From Candidatus Heimdallarchaeota archaeon (lineage in GTDB: Archaea; Asgardarchaeota; Heimdallarchaeia; Heimdallarchaeales; Heimdallarchaeaceae), in assembly GCA_018238545.1 (NCBI GenBank), contig JABCTC010000025.1:1-51897 (forward strand): 51,897 nucleotides of DNA. The letters run 5' to 3'. This document shows, one piece after another, positions 36,414 through 46,107 of the stretch; position 1 is the stretch's first letter, and each line of letters starts with the position of its first letter. The notes under the pieces were generated by a model. That model saw only the letters and a list, made by a program, of their open reading frames with translations, had not been told where the DNA came from and made no database searches. The translations under genes and the position numbers were made by a program.

Positions 36414-37103
36414 ATGAATAAGATGAAACTAATAATTCCACTGATTTTACTCATAGTAACACCTATTTTTATTCTACCAACAAATGCTTTAATACCAGAG
36501 GATCAAATATTGATATTAGATCAACAGTACCTCACTCGTGAAGCTATTGAAGGAGAAAACATTACTATTGGAATTATTGTTAAAAACTTCTTTAACTATA
36601 CAATTACAGATGTAAACATCTCATTAGACCTTACTGACGAGGTTAATGCACTAAGATTTACTTCTTGTGATTTCGGATCCCTCACCAACAAAAATGTTAC
36701 TCTTAATTCAACAATGCAATCATCTGATGAAAATGAGTTCACAGCTACAAATATAACTTATGGCTACATGACAAAAAGTTATCTTACTTTCAATGTCTCA
36801 CAGATATTGAACGGAACCCAAGTGATTTTTTATTATAATATAACTTCAGATGAAGACAGGTCAGCACAAATTCCATATGTAAAAATGTCTTATTATGACA
36901 ATTGGAAAGATTTTCAAGAAATTCAGAGTCTCAACCGATTATTACTCAATTTTCTGCCATTAAATCCTCCAATAGATCCTGTTTTACCCTGTTGGGATTG
37001 TGGTGTATCCTTACCAAATGTTTGGGGTTGGATCATCTTAGGGCTAGCACCAATACTGTTTGGAGCTATAATTTCCTCTGTTTTATATATACGCAGAAGA
37101 TAA
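36414..37103 (+). CDS. Type I membrane glycoprotein, TRAP-beta (SSR2)-like Ig fold
   Basis: Signal peptide, YLTREAIEGENITIGIIVKN...DV motif, 9 N-x-S/T sequons, C-terminal TM helix followed by RRR. Confidence 0.6.
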   Translation: MNKMKLIIPLILLIVTPIFILPTNALIPEDQILILDQQYLTREAIEGENITIGIIVKNFFNYTITDVNISLDLTDEVNALRFTSCDFGSLTNKNVTLNSTMQSSDENEFTATNITYGYMTKSYLTFNVSQILNGTQVIFYYNITSDEDRSAQIPYVKMSYYDNWKDFQEIQSLNRLLLNFLPLNPPIDPVLPCWDCGVSLPNVWGWIILGLAPILFGAIISSVLYIRRR

Positions 37104-37134
37104 AAAGCAATCTTCTGAGTTATCCTTCTATTTT

Positions 37135-37995
37135 TCATTTACCATAAATATAGAAGCCTTCTTTTGTTTTCTTCCCAAGTTTTCCCTCATCTACTAATTT
37201 ACTGAGAATTTTTGCAGGTTTGTAGCTCGTACCTAGTTGTTCCTCCAAATATTTACCTATCTCTAACATAACATCTAATCCTATGTAATCGGATAGCTCA
37301 AAGGGTCCCATAGGATGATTGAGTCCCAGTTTAATTGCAGTGTCGATAAATTTTTTATCAGAAACACCATTTTCGAATAATTTGTAAGCTTCATTCAAGA
37401 AGGACCAAAGTAAACGGTTTACAATAAAACCAGGTGCTTCATTTGAGGGTACAGCAGTTTTTCCAAGTCTAGCGCATAATGCAACTATATTGTCTATAAC
37501 TAATTCACTTGTTTTTTCCCCTTTAATAATTTCAACAAGTTTCATGAGTTGTGGAGGGTTGAAGAAATGCATACCTAGAAACTTGGAAGGTCTATTAGTT
37601 GCATCAGCTAAACTACTAATACTTAGAGCAGAAGTATTACTAGCAAAAATCACTTCATCAGAACAAACTGAATCTAATTCTTTAAACAAGTCCTTTTTAG
37701 CTTCTTCATTTTCGATAATTGCCTCGATAACTAGTTGAACATCCTTGGTAGCTTCTTCTAAATTTGTACTCAGCATAACACGTTTAAGAACCTCATTAGA
37801 TTCCTGTTGAGTTATTTTTCCTTTTTCTATACTCTTGTTTAGAAATTTCTTTATTCGTTCAATTCCATCATCAAGATATTTCTGTTCAACATCTACCAAA
37901 ACAACTTCAATTTTTACTTGTGCAAAAACAAGCGCTATCCCACTCCCCATAGTTCCTGAACCAATAACAGCTATTTTGTTGATCTCTTTAATCAT
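37135..37995 (-). CDS. 3-hydroxyacyl(butyryl)-CoA dehydrogenase
   Basis: GSGTMGSGIA, EA..E, SNTS, GMHFFNP, PGFIVNR, HPMGP..L.D.IGLD. Confidence 0.95.
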   Translation of the reverse strand: MIKEINKIAVIGSGTMGSGIALVFAQVKIEVVLVDVEQKYLDDGIERIKKFLNKSIEKGKITQQESNEVLKRVMLSTNLEEATKDVQLVIEAIIENEEAKKDLFKELDSVCSDEVIFASNTSALSISSLADATNRPSKFLGMHFFNPPQLMKLVEIIKGEKTSELVIDNIVALCARLGKTAVPSNEAPGFIVNRLLWSFLNEAYKLFENGVSDKKFIDTAIKLGLNHPMGPFELSDYIGLDVMLEIGKYLEEQLGTSYKPAKILSKLVDEGKLGKKTKEGFYIYGK

Positions 37996-38184
37996 ATAAC
38001 TACTATATCACATTAATATATTTAAGAATTAAGCAATAGAAGTTATCTAGCAATTAGCTAAATATGAATTTGGGGTGGTTCTGTTTAATAGAAAATGTAA
38101 ATGGAACGTATTTTCTCCCGTAACCTCTTAGTATTACATCGCCTTTTATTCGTTTTTTTGAATTTTTATCTGGATGTTTTATCC

Positions 38185-38736
38185 ATGGGTCCACAGGTTG
38201 AAGTAAAATTTAGAGATTATGACATTTACAAATTAGCTATTTGCGGTCCAGGTAAATCTGGTAAAACATCTATTTGTAAAAGACTAACTCAAAATACTTT
38301 TCAAAAAAAATATCAACCTACCTGTGGCGCAGAATTTCATAGTTATTCATTCAAAACGACCAAAGGTAAAGCAGTAGCTCTTTTCTATGATATGGCTGGG
38401 CAAAAACGTTTTGGCGTTGTAAGGAAGCTTCTATATTCAGGCACTAATGCTGCAGCAATTGTTTTTGATATATCAAACAAAGAATCTTTTCGAGAATGTG
38501 CAGAGTGGATTAGAGAACTAAGAAATCAAAACAAAGAATTAGATATTACCATTGTAGGAAATAAAACAGATTCAACTCGAGAAGTTGAAAAAGTTGATGC
38601 AGAGAGAATTAGTCGTAGACTTGGTTGTAGATACATTGAAACATCTGCTTTAACTGGTGAAGGTATAGGAGAGTTAGTCAAAACTTTAGTAAGTTCCGCC
38701 ATTATTAGTTCTAATAAGAAGTTTGCAGGAAGATAA
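38185..38736 (+). CDS. Rab/Ras-like small GTPase
   Basis: GPGKSGKT, PTCG, DMAGQ, NKTD, ETSA. ATG at 38185 preferred. Confidence 0.92.
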   Translation: MGPQVEVKFRDYDIYKLAICGPGKSGKTSICKRLTQNTFQKKYQPTCGAEFHSYSFKTTKGKAVALFYDMAGQKRFGVVRKLLYSGTNAAAIVFDISNKESFRECAEWIRELRNQNKELDITIVGNKTDSTREVEKVDAERISRRLGCRYIETSALTGEGIGELVKTLVSSAIISSNKKFAGR

Positions 38737-38820
38737 TATCTGACAATTTTCTCCAGCATACTAGTAATTTTTCCACAATAAAGCGAAATACTTTTCAGAG
38801 TTCAAATAATTAGTTATTTA

Positions 38821-39249
38821 ATGAGTAGTAGAAGTAGACGGACCTCAAATATTCGAATATATATTATTCAATATGCCATATTTCTCTTTGGGGCAATGCT
38901 TGCAATCGCTGGGATGTACATGATTGATATAGATGGGTTAGCTGTCGCAGGATTTATTTCTCTGAGTTTAGGTGCTGTTTTTGTTGTATTATCATATATA
39001 TACGCTAGGCATGGCGCTAGGGTAATTGGTACAAATTGTCCCTTCTGTTATGGAGTAGGTTATACTGATAAAGGAGAAGAGGGAATAAAAGAACTCTGTC
39101 CTGTCTGCGAAGGATCAGGAAAAATGTATTCTAAATCTCAACAATATCTTATGGAAGAAAAAAGGAGAAAAGAAATATCAAAAAGTGAACCCTCAAATAG
39201 CTTAGAAATTACTCAAAAAGAACACAATAACGGTTCCAAAAACCAATAG
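38821..39249 (+). CDS. Two-TM membrane protein with DnaJ-type zinc finger
   Basis: Two hydrophobic helices followed by CPFCYGVG and CPVCEGSG. Confidence 0.75.
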   Translation: MSSRSRRTSNIRIYIIQYAIFLFGAMLAIAGMYMIDIDGLAVAGFISLSLGAVFVVLSYIYARHGARVIGTNCPFCYGVGYTDKGEEGIKELCPVCEGSGKMYSKSQQYLMEEKRRKEISKSEPSNSLEITQKEHNNGSKNQ

Positions 39250-39374
39250 AATACACCCATTAAGTCCTAACCGAGCTCTTGCATAATTTTCAGAAAACGT
39301 TGGTTTTTTTCACCTTTCCAAACCAATCTTGTGAAAACTCTTAAGAGCATTAAAAATCACTAAGAATCAGCGAT

Positions 39375-39881
39375 ATGGCTTCTTTAACTGTAATATTTGG
39401 TAATGGAAGAGGAAAAACCAGTTCTGCTATTGGTTACTTGTATCGCAAAATGACTGAGGGAAAAAACATAATTGTTGCTCAATTTTTGAAAACTGGAAAA
39501 AACTGTGGTGAATGCAATTTCTTTGAATCTTTTCCTAACGTCACGTGGTATTGCTTTGGCAAAAAAGAATTTTACCATAAGGAGAATAAAAAAGAATTTC
39601 AGGAGATAATAGAAGCTGGTTATCAACAATTAAGAGAAGAAATAATTAATGAAGGGGTTGATGTTTTAATTTTAGATGAAATAGGCATTGCTTTGTTTTA
39701 TGATTTAACAAAATGGGAAGAGATAAAAGATCTCTTTCAATTCGTGAATGAAGAAGTTATCATCACTGGTAGAAAAGTCCCTGATATTGCTCTACAAAAT
39801 GCTAGTACTTCTATTTATGTAAAAGAAATAAAACATCCCTATAATGTAGGGATTCAAGCAAGACAAGGTATCGACTACTAA
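39375..39881 (+). CDS. cobO: Cob(I)alamin adenosyltransferase (CobA/CobO/BtuR)
   Basis: GNGRGKTSSA, QFLK, ILDE, IITGR, KHPY..G..A..GIDY. Confidence 0.92.
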   Translation: MASLTVIFGNGRGKTSSAIGYLYRKMTEGKNIIVAQFLKTGKNCGECNFFESFPNVTWYCFGKKEFYHKENKKEFQEIIEAGYQQLREEIINEGVDVLILDEIGIALFYDLTKWEEIKDLFQFVNEEVIITGRKVPDIALQNASTSIYVKEIKHPYNVGIQARQGIDY

Positions 39882-40074
39882 TTGTAACAACAAACAAGAA
39901 TCACACAATTATTGCTCATCATCTTAATAAAAAGCACTGCTAGATTTCAGTTAAATTACTTTTGAAGAAGGGTCTCCCTACAAAGAAGTTAAATTTACTT
40001 AGAACAGAGATTAAACTGAGTATTATATTTATATACTCTAACCTCTTCGGTCAAGTAGTAGTAGGGTGAATAAT

Positions 40075-41379
40075 ATGAGCAAAAAAAAGCAGGAGACAGC
40101 TGAGCCTGAAACAAAAGAAGTTGAAGAACAATATGAAGAGCTTCTTATAGAACAAGCTAAAGAAAATATTATTGGATCAGAGGAAAAAATCTCAATTTTA
40201 GAAATAAAGGATGTTCCTGGTTTAGGCAAAAAAAGTCAAGATGTCTTAGCTGAAAATAACATATTAACGATTGATCAATTAATGACAACAAGATTAATTG
40301 AATTACAAGCAATGGGAATGCAACGTGCCACCATTAAGAAAGCCCGTACTACAATCTCCAAATCAGTTGCAAAATACAAATATTTTAAGGAAGAATTGGG
40401 TCTTGAAGATCTTCCAGGAGTTGGAAAATCAACAGCAGACATGCTGCGCGAAAAAGGTTTGAATGTCTACCTGCTTGAAACAACGCCTATTCGCGAACTA
40501 GAAGATAAGTATGGTATTACGGAAACTGCATCAAAGAAATACAAAGAAGGGTTAAGCGAGTTAAGAGGGGGGGTTGACTTTATTAATGCTTTTGAAATAA
40601 TGGAAAGGCAAACAAACGCCCCCGTTTTTACTTATGGAATAAAGGCTTTAGATGCGTTAACTACCATTGAGGAACTTGGTGTATCAGGTGTGAGATTAGG
40701 AGAAACGTTAGAGCTTTTTGGCTCATTTAGATCTGGTAAATCGCAAATTTGTCATCAACTATGTGTAACAGTACAATTACCAACCGAATTAGGAGGCGTA
40801 GGAAAGAAAGCAGTTTTCATAGATACTGAAGGAACTTTCTCGCCTAGTAGAATTAAGGCCGTTCATGCTAGATTACAAAGTGAACTCGGTTGGGAAAAGA
40901 GTTTTGAAGAAGTCCTCAAGGACATAACCTATGCAAGAGCTTACAACTCGGATCATCAAATGAGTTTAGTAGAGAGATTACTTGAATTGTTCTACAATCA
41001 TAAGGATGAATATGGTTTTGTAGCTGTAGATTCAGCAACTGCACATTTCAGAGCTGAATATGCTGGTAGAGGAACATTAGCTGAAAGGCAGCAAACAATC
41101 AATCATCATTTAGGCATATTAGGTAGGCTAGCTGATACATACAATGTTGCTGTTGCTATAACGAATCAGGTTCAGTCAAATCCTGCTGCGTTCTTTGGAG
41201 ACCCAACACAAGCTATTGGTGGAAATATTCTAGGGCATTGGGCAGTTACTAGATTTTATTTGAGAAAATCAAAAGGTGAAAAGCGAATAATAAGAGTGTA
41301 TGATTCTCCATATTTACCTGAATCAGAAGCTGTTTTTGCAATTACTCCAGAAGGTTGTGTTGACGTAGAAGGAGATTAA
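40075..41379 (+). CDS. radA: RadA recombinase with duplicated N-terminal HhH region
   Basis: GSFRSGKSQ, FIDTEGTF.P.R, RAYNSDHQ, VDS..AHFRAEY.GRG.LAERQ, GGNIL.H, DSPYLPE.E. Confidence 0.93.
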   Translation: MSKKKQETAEPETKEVEEQYEELLIEQAKENIIGSEEKISILEIKDVPGLGKKSQDVLAENNILTIDQLMTTRLIELQAMGMQRATIKKARTTISKSVAKYKYFKEELGLEDLPGVGKSTADMLREKGLNVYLLETTPIRELEDKYGITETASKKYKEGLSELRGGVDFINAFEIMERQTNAPVFTYGIKALDALTTIEELGVSGVRLGETLELFGSFRSGKSQICHQLCVTVQLPTELGGVGKKAVFIDTEGTFSPSRIKAVHARLQSELGWEKSFEEVLKDITYARAYNSDHQMSLVERLLELFYNHKDEYGFVAVDSATAHFRAEYAGRGTLAERQQTINHHLGILGRLADTYNVAVAITNQVQSNPAAFFGDPTQAIGGNILGHWAVTRFYLRKSKGEKRIIRVYDSPYLPESEAVFAITPEGCVDVEGD

Positions 41380-41387
41380 CTGTCCTT

Positions 41388-42035
41388 TTACTGGGTATTA
41401 CCACAGCTACCACAAAACTTCCAATTGACATTTATGGTTACTCCACAATGTGGACATTTACCACGATACTTTCGAGGAATAGAAGTAATATTCATTTTAG
41501 AAGAACCATATTTTGTTAACGGAGACACTCCCACCATTTCAGTTGGTTCGGAGATATAGTCATGTAATTCATCCAAATCACTACCTTCAGCTGGAGAAAC
41601 ATCATTGAACTGAAATGGTTTATGTGTGGAAGATTGTTTTAAAGGACTACCAAATAGGTTAGTTATGTCAATGTCATCATTATCAATTTCAATTTTTTCT
41701 ACATATGATTTGTTAAGTTCAGGTTTAAAATCAACTGGAAATTGGTTTAAACTATCTAACTGTGTTTTTAGAGATGAGGATGATGTAGTTGATTCAGTAC
41801 CGCAAGTAGAATTAGAATGGAGTTTATCGTAAATTTTACAATAGGGTGACATTGAGCAAGATATTTCACCAACTTTAATGTCTGGAGACTGGTCAATGAA
41901 TGATCTTCCAATCAGTAGTGTGCCATTAAGAGAATGAACTTTGAGACCTTGTTCAACGAGAGCTCGAAGTATTTCCTTTGGATCAAATTTCAATCCATCG
42001 ATCTCAACAATTCCCTTAACATCATTAAGATTCAT
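41388..42035 (-). CDS. Hypothetical protein with C-terminal zinc ribbon
   Basis: CPHCG....WKFCGSCG at the C-terminus; Ser-rich linker. Confidence 0.75.
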   Translation of the reverse strand: MNLNDVKGIVEIDGLKFDPKEILRALVEQGLKVHSLNGTLLIGRSFIDQSPDIKVGEISCSMSPYCKIYDKLHSNSTCGTESTTSSSSLKTQLDSLNQFPVDFKPELNKSYVEKIEIDNDDIDITNLFGSPLKQSSTHKPFQFNDVSPAEGSDLDELHDYISEPTEMVGVSPLTKYGSSKMNITSIPRKYRGKCPHCGVTINVNWKFCGSCGNTQ

Positions 42036-42124
42036 AACTTATCAATATGACGTCAACTTTGATAAGTTAAAAAATAGGTATCATATCAATATGGATGAGG
42101 GTATTACTTTTGTAATTTTCATGC

Positions 42125-42808
42125 TTATTGATATTTTAAGTGAATAGCTTTTGTAACTCGCTCTAACCAATCATCCAATTTAACAATTAATTCGCTGTGA
42201 ATGTCTGGTAAAAGAATGTCTGCTTCTGGCATTTTTCCAACTCTTTTAACCCAAGAATTGAGTTCATAAAGCATTGGAGACATACCCACTTGAGTTTCTA
42301 CTTCGACTCTTAAATCTTCTAGCATTTTTGCAATGTTACCACAACTAGATTGTGGGGTTATCATTTGGCTTATATGTTTAAACTTATTTGAAACAGCATT
42401 AAAAGCTGCATCTGCTCCATCTGACGCACTAAATGATGGATCCTCCTCTTTAAGAGCTGATGAAACATATTCTTCTTTAGGCTTTTCATGTTCTTTAACC
42501 TCAGCTGGAAGAAGAGATTCTTTTTTCTTTGCTGACTTCTTCACTGGAGCGGCAGTTACTGAGCTTGATAATCCATCTATTTTTGAAGTTAAATCTGCAA
42601 TCATGCCTTTCATATTTGGAATTTCACCTAATTTTAGACCAGCTTCGGAAACCTGTAATTCAACATTTGAAAAACCGGTCATCTTTGTATCTAATTGAGT
42701 GATTTGGGTTGATAATTTAGTAATAGCATCATTCACATTTTGAACTAAGTTAGACAATTTGTTTATTGAATTGATTAGTTGAACTAGCATTTCCTCTGGA
42801 TTACTCAT
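42125..42808 (-). CDS. Coiled-coil hypothetical protein
   Basis: N-terminal heptads, low-complexity linker, helical C-domain ending W..R. Confidence 0.7.
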   Translation of the reverse strand: MSNPEEMLVQLINSINKLSNLVQNVNDAITKLSTQITQLDTKMTGFSNVELQVSEAGLKLGEIPNMKGMIADLTSKIDGLSSSVTAAPVKKSAKKKESLLPAEVKEHEKPKEEYVSSALKEEDPSFSASDGADAAFNAVSNKFKHISQMITPQSSCGNIAKMLEDLRVEVETQVGMSPMLYELNSWVKRVGKMPEADILLPDIHSELIVKLDDWLERVTKAIHLKYQ

Positions 42809-42960
42809 ATAATCTCACAAGTGTAAAGAATGCATTGAAATTAAAAAGATTTTTGGAATAGGTTATCAATTTTCAGAAAAGAAACTGCATAAATTAGTCT
42901 AAGTCACTAGAGCATTAGTAATGTTAATAAATCTAACTCGCTTTCCTAAAATGAAAGCTA

Positions 42961-43125
42961 ATGAGTGAAAGAGACATCGTCGAATTATTAGTAAGGTGGC
43001 GTTCTGTAGCAATGATGCTTGAAAGAGAAGAATTCAAAAGAATAGCCGGAGATCAAAAGGGTTTAATTGCGTCTGTTCTCATGATATTGTTAGAACTGCA
43101 AAAAGATTCGTCTGGAGGATACTAA
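42961..43125 (+). CDS. Small helical protein (54 aa) ending in GG-Y
   Basis: Below the ORF-track cutoff: MSERDIVELLVRWRSVAMMLEREEFKRIAGDQKGLIASVLMILLELQKDSSGGY*. Fills the gap and ends 43 nt before the E2 gene on the same strand. Confidence 0.6.
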   Translation: MSERDIVELLVRWRSVAMMLEREEFKRIAGDQKGLIASVLMILLELQKDSSGGY

Positions 43126-43168
43126 ACTTAATCTCAATTAGTCAAATCTAAAGGAAGGATTTGGATAA

Positions 43169-43636
43169 ATGTTAGCAGAAGAAGAATTTTGGCCAAGAAT
43201 AGCAATTGAAGCTAACGAATTGAAAAAAGAGCTCCCAACATTTAAACCGGTGGATAATAATACATTGCTCTGGAGGGGGTTCATTTTTGGAGCTGGGCTA
43301 TATGAAGAAGGCGTGTTTGTCCTTGAAATTGAAATTCCCAGAGAATATCCATTCAAACCACCAAAAGTTAAAATGCTAACAAAAGTATTCCACGCAAATG
43401 TTTTCGATACAAGAATATGTGTAGGTGTATTAGGAGTAGATTGGACACCTGCTAATAATCTAGTAGACGTAATTGAATCAATACGATTTATACTTAGTAA
43501 CCCAAATCCTGATGATCCATTGAATTCTACAGCTGCTAATTTGATGAAACGTGACCCAAAGGAATATTCCCGCAAAGTAAGAGAATATGTTGAAAAGCAT
43601 GCTACTTTTGAGCAGATAGGTAAGTATTCCTTGTAG
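43169..43636 (+). CDS. Ubiquitin-conjugating enzyme E2
   Basis: W.G.I.G...YE.G.F, YPFKPPKV, FHANV....IC (catalytic Cys), W.P, PNPDDPLN. Confidence 0.95.
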   Translation: MLAEEEFWPRIAIEANELKKELPTFKPVDNNTLLWRGFIFGAGLYEEGVFVLEIEIPREYPFKPPKVKMLTKVFHANVFDTRICVGVLGVDWTPANNLVDVIESIRFILSNPNPDDPLNSTAANLMKRDPKEYSRKVREYVEKHATFEQIGKYSL

Positions 43637-43701
43637 AAAAGCGTTTAGCCAAAATATCAACATAAGGAATTTTTATTTATCTGCAGGCATAAGACAAGTT
43701 A

Positions 43702-44511
43702 ATGCCATCAGGTTATATTCAAGAAATATTTTCCAGTTTTCAAGGTGAAGGAGCTTCTATCGAAGGAAGTTGTTATGGTTTAAGACAAATTTTCGTTCGG
43801 TTTTCAGGATGCCCTCTTGCTCTAGGAGTACATGGAACCAAAGGATGTATTTGGTGTGATTCACCGAAAGCTAAAACAACTATACAAAAAACATGCTACG
43901 TTGAAACAAATGCGGGGAATCAAAAATTTAGAGAAGAGAAAAACCCAATCAGTTCAGAAAATATCATAAAGATTATTCAGAAGTTGACAACCAGAGACTT
44001 GCATTCCATTAGTTTGACAGGAGGCGAACCACTTTACCAACCTGAATTTCTTGAAGAAATTCTCAATCAACTCAAAACTGAAAATTACAAAATCTTCCTA
44101 GAAACAGCTTTCACTAACAATTTCAAGTTTCTTGAGAAAATTGCAGATAAAATAGATTATGCTAGTGTAGATCTAAAGGATAGAACAGCAGGCGCATCAA
44201 CCAACTGGGAACAGCTCATTGAGGAGGAAAGTAAAATATTGAAAATACTGAAAAACGCTGGAACCAAAGTTTTTGCAAAAACTGTAATAACTAAATCCTC
44301 AAAAAAAGAAGATTTTGAAGTAATCACAAAGAAATGCTCAGAAAATGACGTTCCAATAGCGATTCAGATTGTAACACCTATTAAGGGAACAAAAATATTA
44401 CAGCCTACATGGAAGCAAATCAAAGAATTCTCTGAACTGGCCGGAAAATATTTACCTCCAGAGAAGATTGGTATTTCTGTCCAGATGCACAAGAGCATTA
44501 ACATACTATAG
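43702..44511 (+). CDS. queE: 7-carboxy-7-deazaguanine synthase (radical SAM)
   Basis: EIFSSFQGEG, FVRFSGC..C..CD, SLTGGEP, ET, QMHK. Confidence 0.92.
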   Translation: MPSGYIQEIFSSFQGEGASIEGSCYGLRQIFVRFSGCPLALGVHGTKGCIWCDSPKAKTTIQKTCYVETNAGNQKFREEKNPISSENIIKIIQKLTTRDLHSISLTGGEPLYQPEFLEEILNQLKTENYKIFLETAFTNNFKFLEKIADKIDYASVDLKDRTAGASTNWEQLIEEESKILKILKNAGTKVFAKTVITKSSKKEDFEVITKKCSENDVPIAIQIVTPIKGTKILQPTWKQIKEFSELAGKYLPPEKIGISVQMHKSINIL

Positions 44512-44523
44512 AGAGTCATAAAA

Positions 44524-45492
44524 ATGAAAGTTAACAGTGACAAACTATCTGATGTTCAATCTGATCCATCAAGAATACAGATAGGGATTCGAAGAGTAGG
44601 TATCAGCGATATACCAAAAATTATAAGACGAAAAAGATTCGGAGTGTATAATGAATTATCAGCTAAAATAGATGTTTATGTGGATCTTTTGCCCTCAAAA
44701 CGAGGTATTCACATGTCAAGGAATATTGAAGCAATAAATGAAGTTATAGCAACTCTTACCGGAGAAGTAATTACAGATTGCGAGGAGCTCTGTGCAAAAA
44801 TCGCTGAGAAAGTAATTACCATTCAACCTGGAGCACGTTATGCAGAAGTTAACTTAAGAGCGGATTATGAAATGGAAACATTTTCAAAAGCAATTTCTAG
44901 GACAAAATCCAGCGTTCACAAACTACGTGCAGGTGCATATGCTAGAAAAAAGGAGGATAAGATTACAATAACTAAAGTTATTGGTGCAGAAGTAGAAGGT
45001 ACAACTGTATGTCCTTGCTCACAAGAACTTTCAAGAGACATAACTAAAGAGAGATTATTAAAAGAAGGATTTTCTGAAGAACAAATCAAGAAAGTTATTG
45101 AAAATGTTCCAATTGCTGCTCACAATCAACGATCAAAATCTATACTTTTATTAGAACAACCTAGAGATGCTGAGAGAATAGAACTTGAAGACATCATTGA
45201 AATTCTTGAAACATCAATGAGTGCTCCAGTCCACGAAGTATTGAAAAGGAAGGATGAGCTTGAAGTAGTTCTTTATGCCCATCAACACCCAGTTTTTGTT
45301 GAAGACGTTGTTCGAATCATATTGCGTAAGGTAAGTAACAAATTTGTAAATCAACCCCCCAACACTATAGTATCAGTGAAGCAGATAAATTATGAAAGCA
45401 TACATCAGCATAATGCAGTTGCTGAGGTTAAAACAACACTTGAAAGCCTAGATAAGCAATTAAATGGACTTGAAAATAATGAAGATATATAA
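44524..45492 (+). CDS. mptA: GTP cyclohydrolase FolE2/MptA family
   Basis: DVQ, RGIHMSR, TVCPC, HNQRS, LKR.DE, FVED.VR, ESIH.HNA. Confidence 0.92.
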   Translation: MKVNSDKLSDVQSDPSRIQIGIRRVGISDIPKIIRRKRFGVYNELSAKIDVYVDLLPSKRGIHMSRNIEAINEVIATLTGEVITDCEELCAKIAEKVITIQPGARYAEVNLRADYEMETFSKAISRTKSSVHKLRAGAYARKKEDKITITKVIGAEVEGTTVCPCSQELSRDITKERLLKEGFSEEQIKKVIENVPIAAHNQRSKSILLLEQPRDAERIELEDIIEILETSMSAPVHEVLKRKDELEVVLYAHQHPVFVEDVVRIILRKVSNKFVNQPPNTIVSVKQINYESIHQHNAVAEVKTTLESLDKQLNGLENNEDI

Positions 45493-46099
45493 CAAGAGCA
45501 ATTATTCTATTATAATTGAAGATTTGAAAAAATTAACAACTTATGATGGATCTCAGCTTTTAAGTCAGTTTACATCTCAGAATTACAATGTAATAGGAAA
45601 TTCAATCTTAGTTTTCAGAGGAGGGATGAAATTATCTCCAAAAGAGATGGTAGATATAAAGGATATACAAAGAGAATCGCACCTTAGCGATATTTTAATT
45701 AGTTCAGATGACAGTTTACATCTTATCATAGAAGAATTTGACATTCAACCTCCAAACATGGAAATTGAATATTATAGATTAAGAGTACTTACACAGATAG
45801 TCATAGAATTTCTAAGAACTAGAGGGATATCTACGATAAGAAAAGGCACAGATATATACATTAATGATAGGAAATTAAATGTAGGAATTGCAAGTATAAG
45901 TGTATCTAGTAGCAAAATACACTTCGGAATAAATCTGAGTTGTTCAGGTTTTCCACAACATGTTAAAGCAACATGTTTATTTGATTTGGACATAAAGGAA
46001 GATGAGATAGAAGAAATTGTAGTTCAAATAACAGAGAGATATATAGAGGAATTACAGCGGATAAAAGAAGACGTTGCAAAGACACGTTATATACATTAG
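45464..46099 (+). CDS. DUF366 family protein (BPL/LplA-like fold)
   Basis: YDGSQL, F.G, EMVD..D, I.SDD.LH.IIE.FD, R.G.DIY....KL.V.IA, HFGIN. Confidence 0.82.
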   Translation: MDLKIMKIYNKSNYSIIIEDLKKLTTYDGSQLLSQFTSQNYNVIGNSILVFRGGMKLSPKEMVDIKDIQRESHLSDILISSDDSLHLIIEEFDIQPPNMEIEYYRLRVLTQIVIEFLRTRGISTIRKGTDIYINDRKLNVGIASISVSSSKIHFGINLSCSGFPQHVKATCLFDLDIKEDEIEEIVVQITERYIEELQRIKEDVAKTRYIH

Positions 46100-46107
46100 G
46101 TGATCAA

